Shown: piece by piece, positions 49,942-58,255 of the stretch
Position numbering within the stretch: position 1 is the first letter of the stretch
Layout of the letters: the number at the start of each line of letters is the position of its first letter
IMG/VR virus record: IMGVR_UViG_3300022752_000056
Coordinates: 7,355-71,354 of that record
Origin: a virus
Reading direction: 5' to 3' (one strand)
DNA: 64,000 nt
Notes under the pieces: model-generated
Databases searched by the model: none
What the model was told of the DNA's origin: nothing
Seen by the model: only the letters and a program-made list of their open reading frames with translations
Position numbers and translations under genes: made by a program

Positions 49942-50386
49942 CATAAAAAGAGAATTAGGAGCAGTTGATACTAGAAATTATGACTTCTATTCCGCCCTCA
50001 CAGAAGAAGAAAAAAAGGCATTTAGTCCATATGTCTTAATGAGGTATACATCCAATGTAAACTCGGATCGTGATGTACAAGAATGGTTTTTAGATACAAC
50101 CAATGAATATGTAAACAAACATCATTGGCTGTTAAGCAAAAACCATAAAGAACTTTTATGGAAATTATTTGCAGGCACCGGAACCGGTACAAAATTGTAT
50201 CATCCTTATCTAGCAGCGGGTAAAAAAACAAAAACTGATAAAATTGAAAAACTACTAGCAGAACTTCATCCAACTAAAAAATTAGAAGACCTAAAACTAT
50301 TAGCTAAACTTATGGATGATAATGATCGTAAAGAATTGTTTGATAATCTTGGATTCGATGACAAGCAAAGAAAAGAATATTTGTAA
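49925..50386 (+). CDS. Possible clamp-loader small subunit (gp62-like)
   Basis: FSPYVLMRY.S..N..KHHW pattern and size resemble gp62; no gp44/gp45 in the window to confirm. Confidence 0.4.
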   Translation: MAAKLDIKRELGAVDTRNYDFYSALTEEEKKAFSPYVLMRYTSNVNSDRDVQEWFLDTTNEYVNKHHWLLSKNHKELLWKLFAGTGTGTKLYHPYLAAGKKTKTDKIEKLLAELHPTKKLEDLKLLAKLMDDNDRKELFDNLGFDDKQRKEYL

Positions 50387-51082
50387 ATGATTGAAACTAT
50401 CGAACAACCGTACAGTTGTAAACATTGTAATAAAAGTTTTATGAAGGAGAAAACTCTTATTGCTCATATGTGCGAACAAAAAAGGCGAATACTTCAAAAA
50501 GATGAAAAGCGTGTCCAAGCAGGGTACATGGCTTATAACAGATTTTATACATTAACACAAAATTCAAAAAAAATAAAGACCTATGAAGAGTTCTGTGAAA
50601 GCAGTTATTATAACGCTTTTGTAAAATTTGGTAGTTTTATTAACAATGTTAACCCATTGTATCCGGATAAATTTATAGATTATGTGATAAAAAGTGGCAC
50701 CAAATTAGATCACTGGTGCAGAGATGAATTATACGAAACCTATCTATTAGAAATGCTAAAGGTAGAACCAGTAGAAAGTGCTGTACAGAGGTCATTAGCA
50801 ACTATGATGGACTGGGCAGACAATAATAATTCACAATTTAATCACTATTTCAATTATGTCAGTTTGAACAGAGCGGTACACGATATTATAGATGGAAAAA
50901 TAAGTCCTTGGATTATTCTAAATTGTAATTTTGGTAAAACCATGCTAAGTAAAATGAATAATGAACAATTAGACATGATTACCAATGTGATAGACATACC
51001 ATTTTGGATGAAAAAATTTAAAGAACTACCTGCGGAAGTGGCATTGGTGCGTGAGATATGTAAAGAAACAGATATTAAATGA
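50387..51082 (+). CDS. Hypothetical protein with N-terminal C2H2/C2HC zinc finger
   Basis: YSCKHCNKSFMKEKTLIAHMC. Confidence 0.7.
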   Translation: MIETIEQPYSCKHCNKSFMKEKTLIAHMCEQKRRILQKDEKRVQAGYMAYNRFYTLTQNSKKIKTYEEFCESSYYNAFVKFGSFINNVNPLYPDKFIDYVIKSGTKLDHWCRDELYETYLLEMLKVEPVESAVQRSLATMMDWADNNNSQFNHYFNYVSLNRAVHDIIDGKISPWIILNCNFGKTMLSKMNNEQLDMITNVIDIPFWMKKFKELPAEVALVREICKETDIK

Positions 51083-51282
51083 CAAACATTAGGGTAGAAA
51101 ATATTCCTCCAGGTTATATTTTAGAAATGGTAAGAGATATGAAAGCAGAAAACCTAGATTTTACCTTTTCATATCATCCTAGTACCTGGACAGAAAATTT
51201 TATAAAAATACCAAATTTTACGATTTTTTCGTTTCCTAATGCAAGAGATGCAACATACTTTATTCTAAAATGGAAAGTATAA
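51079..51282 (+). CDS. Hypothetical protein
   Basis: 67 aa ending F...DATYFILKW, a common small phage protein ending. Confidence 0.6.
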   Translation: MTNIRVENIPPGYILEMVRDMKAENLDFTFSYHPSTWTENFIKIPNFTIFSFPNARDATYFILKWKV

Positions 51283-51686
51283 TGAATAAAATTCTAATTA
51301 ATGGTACATTTGACATTTTACATCTGGGACATATAAATCTATTAAGGCATGCTAGATCTTTTATAAATTCTTTTGTATATGTATTAATAGATAGCGATCG
51401 TAGAGTAAAAGAGTTAAAAGGATATAATCGCCCAGTTAATAATGAATATCACAGAGCCAGTATGTTATTTGGTTTAAAATATGTAGACAGAGTTGACATA
51501 TTTGATACTGACCAAGAACTTATAAATTACATAAAAAACTTTACGCCAGATATCATGCTAAAAGGTACCGACTACAAAGGTAAAGATATCATAGGGGCAG
51601 AATATTGTAAGAAAATAGAATTTTATGATAGACTTGAAAAATATTCAACTACTAATATAATTCAAAGTATTCTTAATCAACAATAA
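51282..51686 (+). CDS. HIGH-family sugar-phosphate nucleotidyltransferase (RfaE domain II / TagD-like)
   Basis: NGTFDILHLGH, DSDRRVKELKG..RP, PD...KG.DY and YSTT motifs. Confidence 0.88.
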   Translation: MNKILINGTFDILHLGHINLLRHARSFINSFVYVLIDSDRRVKELKGYNRPVNNEYHRASMLFGLKYVDRVDIFDTDQELINYIKNFTPDIMLKGTDYKGKDIIGAEYCKKIEFYDRLEKYSTTNIIQSILNQQ

Positions 51687-51742
51687 TCATATATACATAT
51701 GCTTCAAAAAAAATTATTTAAAACATATTCAGAGACTTTAGC

Positions 51743-52312
51743 ATGCCTGATATTGACATAGATTTTGCAGACAGATCAAAAATACTGTCGCTAATACAAC
51801 ATGTACCTGCAACATTAACAAATAATAAAAAACATAATACCGGTATATATGTACATGATATACCTATAAACCCTTTGACCAATCAGGCCGCTATTGATTA
51901 TGAAACAGCGGAAAAAAGAGGCTATTTTAAATTAGATTTTTTAAATGTAGGTATATACAAAGATATACGCGACGAAAAACATCTACTATCTCTAGCCAAT
52001 AAGGAGCCATTATGGGAACTACTAGAACAGGACGATTTTACCAACTTACTCTTTCACGTCAACGGACATGGTACTATATTAAGAACAATGAAACCAAAGA
52101 CGATCGTCCAACTAGCGGCAGTTTTGGCTATGATACGTCCAGCGAAACGCTATCTGATTGGGAAAGATTGGACTACAGTGATGAAGGAAGTTTGGAACAA
52201 ACCTGAGGGTGATGAATATTATTTTAAAAAATCACACGCAGTAGCCTATGCCATGGCAGTGGTTGTACAGATGAATCTTATTTGTGAATCTATTTCGTAC
52301 GAATATTCTTAA
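51743..52312 (+). CDS. Miniature DNA polymerase III alpha (DnaE/C-family)-like protein
   Basis: MPDIDIDF, KHNTGIYV, GYFKLDFLN, LAAVLAMIRP and YYFKKSHAVAYA occur in DnaE order within 189 aa. Confidence 0.85.
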   Translation: MPDIDIDFADRSKILSLIQHVPATLTNNKKHNTGIYVHDIPINPLTNQAAIDYETAEKRGYFKLDFLNVGIYKDIRDEKHLLSLANKEPLWELLEQDDFTNLLFHVNGHGTILRTMKPKTIVQLAAVLAMIRPAKRYLIGKDWTTVMKEVWNKPEGDEYYFKKSHAVAYAMAVVVQMNLICESISYEYS

Positions 52313-52670
52313 CGGTTCTTACCAACTGAATACTTTTACGTTTAACTCGTTTTTCTGTAATGTCATTTAGATTAACAATAGGTCCAAATAAGACTGATAC
52401 ATCCTTAATATTAAAAGTTTTTATTAAAGGACGAAAAACATACATTTCTTTTCTAAGGAAAATATTAATTGGTATTTTACGATTGCTTTCCCACCACCAT
52501 ACTTCGCCTAGTTCTAAAAACTTTTTACGATCTTCCTCTCCTCGTACCATGGAAAGATCATAGATACTGACAACACTGTTGTCGAAATTGATTATTATTC
52601 CTACGTACTCTTTATCATTAGATTTTATACAACTGATAAACGGAAAATTGTCTTGAAATTTATTGGACAT
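52290..52670 (-). CDS. Hypothetical late protein
   Basis: WWWESNRKIPINIFL motif; minus-strand TATAAATA at 52710-52717. Confidence 0.65.
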   Translation of the reverse strand: MSNKFQDNFPFISCIKSNDKEYVGIIINFDNSVVSIYDLSMVRGEEDRKKFLELGEVWWWESNRKIPINIFLRKEMYVFRPLIKTFNIKDVSVLFGPIVNLNDITEKRVKRKSIQLVRTVKNIRTK

Positions 52671-52691
52671 CCTAGCGATAAATATTAAATT

Positions 52692-53528
52692 ATGCAAATT
52701 ATACCAGTCTATTTATATTCTAACACAATTGACGCTCAATTAGATTTGGATAACACCCTGCGAGGAGTTAACACTGTCATGTATCAAAGAGATCTAAAAA
52801 TTCAAAAATCATTGAAAAATCAAATTCGTATACAGTTTAAAAACAGTGACCAAAAAAAGATTAGAATTTATAATACACAGACATTTGTCTTTTCAATGTT
52901 TGACAGTGTAAATCAGCAACAGGTTCTTAGTAAAAATTTAGAAGTAATAGATGTTAATACCACTGCTACTAAAGGTTTAGCCCTGCTGACTTTATCAGAA
53001 AGCGACACAGCAGATTTAGAAAAAGGTAGTTATAATTATGCTATAAAGATGCAAGACGCTACAGGCAGCTATGTTCCAACCTATTCAAATGCATGGTTTA
53101 GTGTAGCAGGTGTTTTACATATCGAAAATGCTGGAGAGCCTATATTCAAAGATAGTATAAGCATAACTACCTTTACTAAATCTTATGTAGATGTAAACTC
53201 AAGATATGAACATTCTAGCGGTAATATCTATGCTCAACCAGAATTCAATGGCAATAATGCCATACAAACAGTGGCATTTTATATGACAGGCTATAAAGGT
53301 ATGGTCAGAGTAGAAGGAACTTTAGATAATAGCCCAGGCGCCAGTGGTAATTACACATTAATAGCAAATAGAGGTTATGATAACTATACAGGTGTGGATA
53401 CCCTAAATTTTACAGGTGTGTATTCTTATATTAGATTCATCCACATACCAAATCAGGGTCCAGGAGATCCTGATAATGATAATCCTAGTTACTACGGATC
53501 ATTTGACAAAATTCTCTACAGAAGTTAA
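52692..53528 (+). CDS. Hypothetical late (probably structural) protein
   Basis: Beta-rich 278 aa; late box 7 nt upstream. Confidence 0.65.
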   Translation: MQIIPVYLYSNTIDAQLDLDNTLRGVNTVMYQRDLKIQKSLKNQIRIQFKNSDQKKIRIYNTQTFVFSMFDSVNQQQVLSKNLEVIDVNTTATKGLALLTLSESDTADLEKGSYNYAIKMQDATGSYVPTYSNAWFSVAGVLHIENAGEPIFKDSISITTFTKSYVDVNSRYEHSSGNIYAQPEFNGNNAIQTVAFYMTGYKGMVRVEGTLDNSPGASGNYTLIANRGYDNYTGVDTLNFTGVYSYIRFIHIPNQGPGDPDNDNPSYYGSFDKILYRS

Positions 53529-53531
53529 ACT
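53503..53531 (+). promoter_or_regulatory. Sigma70-type promoter for primase/helicase
   Basis: TTGACA-17 nt-TAAACT, ending 6 nt before the ATG. Confidence 0.55.
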
Positions 53532-53537
53532 GTTTGT

Positions 53538-54539
53538 ATGAATCTCATACAATCAAGTCTTATTGCAGCCTTACCACCTAAACGTAAATCAACACCCAGC
53601 GGTTGGATAAGTTTCAATGCTCCTTGTTGCCATAATCGAGGAGAATCACATGACCGTAGACAACGAGGTGGACTGCTGATCAATTCGTCTGATAATAGTT
53701 TTCAATATCACTGTTTTAATTGTAATTTCAAAGCAGGATGGAGACCTGGGCAATTATTAACAAAAAACACACGACAACTTCTCTCATGGCTAGGTCTCGC
53801 AGAAAACGATATAGCCAAATTAAACTTATATGCGTTGAAAATCAAAGACCAAGAACACACACAGCAAGATCATATAATAAAACAAATAAAAGAAAAACCA
53901 TTACCTGATAATAGTAAACCAATTGAAACCTGGCTAGAAGATGATACGCATAGAGATCAACTTATACCAATAATTGACTATATTACAGACATAAGAGGTA
54001 TGAATTGGGCATGGTACACTTGGTATTGGAGTCCTCAGGCAGGATATCATGATAGAGTAATTATTCCCTTTTATCTCAACGATACCATAGTAGGTTATAC
54101 AGCGAGAAAAATTAATCCAGGTAAACCTAAATATATCACAGATAGTCAACCTGGTTATGTATTCAACATAGACAAGCAATGCGATGAAAGACAATTCATC
54201 ATATTAGTCGAAGGACAATTCGATGCAATCAGTGTAGACGGTTGTGCTATTATGACCAATGATCCTGGTAAAGAACAAATATTAAGATTAAAAACACTTA
54301 ACAAAGAAATCATCGTAGTACCAGACAGAGATTCAGCAGGTGCCAAACTCATACAAGCTGCGATAAACAATGATTGGTCAGTCAGCCTGCCGCCTTGGGA
54401 AGAACACTGTAAGGATGTAGCCGATGCTGTGAAACTCTACGGTAGACTTTATACAATGATAACTATTTTGCATTATAAACAGTCAAACAAATTGAGATTA
54501 GAATTAATGAAACGAACATTGGAAAAACATGGCCAGTAA
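53538..54539 (+). CDS. g61: DNA primase (gp61-like)
   Basis: Zn-binding PCCH...YHCFNC, RVIIPF, GYTAR, PKY, and TOPRIM VEGQFDA and PDRD motifs. Confidence 0.92.
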   Translation: MNLIQSSLIAALPPKRKSTPSGWISFNAPCCHNRGESHDRRQRGGLLINSSDNSFQYHCFNCNFKAGWRPGQLLTKNTRQLLSWLGLAENDIAKLNLYALKIKDQEHTQQDHIIKQIKEKPLPDNSKPIETWLEDDTHRDQLIPIIDYITDIRGMNWAWYTWYWSPQAGYHDRVIIPFYLNDTIVGYTARKINPGKPKYITDSQPGYVFNIDKQCDERQFIILVEGQFDAISVDGCAIMTNDPGKEQILRLKTLNKEIIVVPDRDSAGAKLIQAAINNDWSVSLPPWEEHCKDVADAVKLYGRLYTMITILHYKQSNKLRLELMKRTLEKHGQ

Positions 54540-55935
54540 CTATTCCTACGACTTACAAAAACTTTATTTAGAAATGTTTCTAAGTGATGCAGAAACATTT
54601 GCTAGGTGCCAAAATATATTTGACCCGGAAAACTTTGATCAAAGACTAAGACCAACTGCGGACTTTATACTAAAATACAGTGATCAATACAAGATCATGC
54701 CCGAAGTAATACAGGTCAACGCAGCCTGTCAAGAAAATCTAGATAGAGTAAACCTACCAAAAGAAAATTATGAATGGTTATTAAACGAATTTGAAGAATT
54801 TAGTAGACACAAGGCCTTGGAACGTGCAATAATCCGTAGTGCCGATCTGTTAGAAAAAGGTGACTATGGACCTGTAGAGAAACTGATTAAAGAGGCTATA
54901 CAGGTCAGTTTGAACAAAGACATGGGCACTGATTATTTTGAAGATCCTAGGGCCAGACTCAGTCAACTTAAAGACAGTAATGGACAGATATCCACAGGAT
55001 GGCCCACTGTAGATAAAAAACTCTATGGTGGTTTTAATCGAGGTGAATTGAATATTTTTGCTGCGGCATCAGGAGGAGGTAAGAGTTTATTCTTGGCCAA
55101 CCTTGGCGTAAATTGGGCCTTGGCCGGTCTAAACGTGATTTATCTAACTTTTGAACTTTCAGAAAATCTAGTGGCCATGAGATTAGATTCGATGATCACA
55201 GGAATTTCAACTAGAGAAATATTTCGTAATATAGATGATGTTGAATTAAAGGTAAAAATTCTAGGTAAACAAGCAGGTAGTATACAGATAAAATACATGC
55301 CTTCAGGTAAAACCTGTAACGATATACGTGCATATTTAAAAGAATATCAAATTAAAAAACAAATAAAACCAGATGTACTACTGATAGATTATTTAGATCT
55401 TATGATGCCTCTAAGCGTGAAAGTTTCACCCAGTGATTTATTTGTCAAGGACAAATATGTATCAGAAGAAATACGTAACCTAGCCATGGAAACTCAGTGT
55501 ATCACAGTCACAGCCAGTCAGTTAAATCGTTCGGCAGTGGAAGAAATTGAATTTGATCATAGTCATATCAGTGGTGGTTTAAGTAAAATACAAACCGCAG
55601 ACAATGTCATAGGTATCTTTACCAGCCGTGCTATGAAAGAACGGGGACGCTATCAAATACAATTTATGAAAACACGCTCTAGTTCAGGTGTGGGTCAAAA
55701 AGTAGATCTTGAATTTAATCAAGATAGTCTGAGAATCACTGACCTAGGTGAAGAATCATCTCTCTCAGACACACAGTCAAAAAGTTCTACCATAGCAGAT
55801 AGTCTACGTAGAACCAGTACGACCATGGATACTACTACCGCTGAACATACACTGCCACGAAAACCACAGAAAAAAGCAGCCATGGAGGATATTAGATCAA
55901 TGATAATGAACTCAATTAACCCAGAACAGGACTAA
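54529..55935 (+). CDS. g41: Replicative DnaB-like helicase (gp41-like)
   Basis: AASGGGKS, FELSE, IDYLDL, TASQLNR and KTRSS motifs. Confidence 0.95.
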   Translation: MASNYSYDLQKLYLEMFLSDAETFARCQNIFDPENFDQRLRPTADFILKYSDQYKIMPEVIQVNAACQENLDRVNLPKENYEWLLNEFEEFSRHKALERAIIRSADLLEKGDYGPVEKLIKEAIQVSLNKDMGTDYFEDPRARLSQLKDSNGQISTGWPTVDKKLYGGFNRGELNIFAAASGGGKSLFLANLGVNWALAGLNVIYLTFELSENLVAMRLDSMITGISTREIFRNIDDVELKVKILGKQAGSIQIKYMPSGKTCNDIRAYLKEYQIKKQIKPDVLLIDYLDLMMPLSVKVSPSDLFVKDKYVSEEIRNLAMETQCITVTASQLNRSAVEEIEFDHSHISGGLSKIQTADNVIGIFTSRAMKERGRYQIQFMKTRSSSGVGQKVDLEFNQDSLRITDLGEESSLSDTQSKSSTIADSLRRTSTTMDTTTAEHTLPRKPQKKAAMEDIRSMIMNSINPEQD

Positions 55936-56497
55936 ACCAATTGCAGATTTCTTCTTGAGCATGGCAGTCAATGATCTTACGCCACTGAGAATCTTCATCG
56001 TAATCAAAAATTAAACTGGTCGTGGGTCTTATCACGCTCCAAGTATGTTCAACACTCCAGGGACTACGGCCACTGAGCTCACCTTCTAAGAACCCACCTA
56101 GCCAACGTTGACAACCAGCTATCACACGATATTGTCTAGGACCTTGGCCCTGAGCTATGTCCTTTAATATACTAGGATCATAGCTTATACCAAGGTCATT
56201 ACCAATACTGTGAGTGCTCTTGCAGGTGTAATCCAATGTGTGTATCAAGACTAATCTATTGGTATGTTCTGTTCCACCTCGGTATACAGGTTCATTTCCT
56301 ATGTATCCGTGTATACCAAGATTGGTCATGATCATGCTCAAATCCAAACTCATACTCTTGGCGTCAATTCTATAGGCCATGGCCTGCGAAGGATCATGCT
56401 CGGCTACAAGGAAAACAGATCTTGTAAAATCTTTATCCTGTCTACGAGGATGAGCTGCAATTAAATGATTTACTAGGTTTACGGGTTTAATTATCAT
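55916..56497 (-). CDS. algH: YqgE/AlgH (DUF179) family protein
   Basis: LIAAHP..D..F.RSV.L..EH, VYRGG, IH, G...W..G.LEGEL, W......LIF and W motifs. Confidence 0.8.
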   Translation of the reverse strand: MIIKPVNLVNHLIAAHPRRQDKDFTRSVFLVAEHDPSQAMAYRIDAKSMSLDLSMIMTNLGIHGYIGNEPVYRGGTEHTNRLVLIHTLDYTCKSTHSIGNDLGISYDPSILKDIAQGQGPRQYRVIAGCQRWLGGFLEGELSGRSPWSVEHTWSVIRPTTSLIFDYDEDSQWRKIIDCHAQEEICNWFSPVLG

Positions 56498-56606
56498 ACA
56501 AATATTTAACAGGCTTTGCCAAATTAGTCAACGCTTTTGTTATCAAGGCGTTAATATATATACGTAGAGAAAATCTATGTAAATAAACTTTTTAAGGAAA
56601 TTTAAA

Positions 56607-56747
56607 ATGAAAACAACTCTCGCTATGTTAATTGCTGCATTTGGTATTGGTTCTGCTTTCGCTGCTGACGCAAAGAAAGAAGAAAAGAAAGAAGCTCCTA
56701 AGGCTGAAGCCAAGAAAGACGAAAAGAAAGCCGAAGCAAAGAAGTAA
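56607..56747 (+). CDS. 46-aa exported K/E/A-rich peptide (not in the ORF track)
   Basis: MKTTLAMLIAAFGIGSAFA-ADAKKEEKKEAPKAEAKKDEKKAEAKK; AAGGA SD, TAAATA at 56580-56585, AFA signal-peptidase site. Confidence 0.85.
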   Translation: MKTTLAMLIAAFGIGSAFAADAKKEEKKEAPKAEAKKDEKKAEAKK

Positions 56748-56952
56748 TAGTAGCTCGTCGGACAGATCTACGCTTTTTACAACTGCGGGGGGAAATTGAC
56801 GATGTTGACATTGTTATTGTTGATGACTCAATTGCTCGAAATTTAAATAGGTTACGGGTAAAAGATCAAGAACAGATCGATGATCAAGATCTCCCCCAGA
56901 ACATACGATGGCGACTATTTCTGTCTAGACAACTGGCTGTATTACTAAGGTA

Positions 56953-56984
56953 AAAAAATCGAGCCGAACTATTCGGCTCGTTTT
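56953..56984. terminator. Bidirectional intrinsic terminator
   Basis: A-run, CGAGCCGAA-CTA-TTCGGCTCG, TTTT between convergent units. Confidence 0.75.
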
Positions 56985-57634
56985 ATACTATTACGCAGTT
57001 TGGCCAAGAGTCCACGGTTTCTTATAATTTTAAATACCACATTGCCTCTACTGAATTCACCTGCAGGTGAACTCAATGATCTTTGTCTTAGTTGGTAAAG
57101 ATTATCTAACACACGAATCTTCTGCTGTTTACTACCCCACTTGATTACCAGCTTGATTAATCTGGTGATTTGTTTTAACTGGCGGTTTACAGTGAGAATA
57201 TCCCATGATATCTGGGGACTCGTGGCTGGGACTAACCATTGATCAGCTAACAGGCTATAGGCACCACCGCTGGCGGGCTCAAGGTGACTCTCTACATAAA
57301 GCTCCACGGGAATAGCATTAACCCTAGGCGAACTCGTTCGGTTGTACTCTCGTCGAGCAAGATCTAATAGACTACGTGTGATACGTTCACAGGGATCTTG
57401 ACTGAAGTCAGCTACCCAATGTAGATCAATGTCACTGAACTTGGTGTAGAACAAACCAGTCTGCGCACCAACTAAACGTAGATCAATTATGTTTAGTTCG
57501 AGGGGCAAACTTCGTAAGAAATCCATGCCCAACAGAATTAATTGCTCCTTGACCTCAGGCCTGAGCTGACGATCATTGAGAAATAATTTGGGGTTTAACT
57601 GATCATGCCCCCGTAGAAAATCTCGTAGTCTCAT
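56969..57634 (-). CDS. Pol-beta superfamily nucleotidyltransferase-like protein
   Basis: VGAQ..FYTKFSDIDLH (G[SA]...DxD), PVELYVE and EFS..N.VFK..R motifs. Confidence 0.7.
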   Translation of the reverse strand: MRLRDFLRGHDQLNPKLFLNDRQLRPEVKEQLILLGMDFLRSLPLELNIIDLRLVGAQTGLFYTKFSDIDLHWVADFSQDPCERITRSLLDLARREYNRTSSPRVNAIPVELYVESHLEPASGGAYSLLADQWLVPATSPQISWDILTVNRQLKQITRLIKLVIKWGSKQQKIRVLDNLYQLRQRSLSSPAGEFSRGNVVFKIIRNRGLLAKLRNSIKRAE

Positions 57635-57666
57635 ATATGACTATATTTACACAGATAAATACAAGA

Positions 57667-57891
57667 ATGATAACTTGGCTGATTAAAATAAACCAACGTA
57701 TATACACTACCCTGAGTAAAGAAACTAGGCCCAATCATTTTGAAATACTACAGAGATTTTCACAAGAACCAGAACATGTACAGCGAGAATTTCGCACTGA
57801 TCAAGGCTGGATAGTGGAGATCGAACCATATCAGGCTGATCATGTCCGTGTGCCCAATCAACAACGTCAGGTCAGTCGTAGAATCAACTAA
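57667..57891 (+). CDS. Hypothetical protein
   Basis: ATG at 57667 lies 5 nt after TAAATA (57656-57661). Confidence 0.5.
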   Translation: MITWLIKINQRIYTTLSKETRPNHFEILQRFSQEPEHVQREFRTDQGWIVEIEPYQADHVRVPNQQRQVSRRIN

Positions 57892-58135
57892 AACGTAATT
57901 GAAATAATAGACAACTACCACTTAGACGAAAACTCACACTGCATAGGTAGGGATTGTGCAAGGCCCACATGCTCCATACCCAATCTACATAATGTGCTCC
58001 GCAGGAGTTTAATAACCAAGATTCCACTGAATCCACACTGAGATTCCAGTCTATTCTTCCTAGAGAATCTTCTACTCTGGGCCATGGTACTACAGCACGA
58101 TGCTGAAAGGTCATGGGGTCATACAAGGCTCGCAT
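57884..58135 (-). CDS. Hypothetical Trp-rich protein
   Basis: ATG at 58135 lies 5 nt after minus-strand TAAATA; ends F.LRFS. Confidence 0.55.
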   Translation of the reverse strand: MRALYDPMTFQHRAVVPWPRVEDSLGRIDWNLSVDSVESWLLNSCGAHYVDWVWSMWALHNPYLCSVSFRLSGSCLLFQLRFS

Positions 58136-58195
58136 GATAATATTTACTTGACTAGAAGATAAGGCGCGAAGCGCAGAAAACGGTAAACGCAGATA

Positions 58196-58224
58196 TTGAC
58201 AGCCCACAAATTTATATGTATAAT
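58196..58224 (+). promoter_or_regulatory. Consensus sigma70 promoter
   Basis: TTGACA-17 nt-TATAAT. Confidence 0.8.
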
Positions 58225-58255
58225 GATAACGTTGACACACGACCTAGACTATACA

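Noticed and set aside
386-54370. Many 60-185 aa antisense or alternate-frame ORFs inside large genes (e.g. 19657-20214, 21205-21540, 48839-49213)
   Set aside because: Shadow frames caused by codon bias of the real genes; no SD, promoter or recognisable motifs.
39524-55935. Inteins or group I introns in terminase, UvsX, UvsW, primase or helicase
   Set aside because: All are continuous, of normal length and lack splicing motifs.
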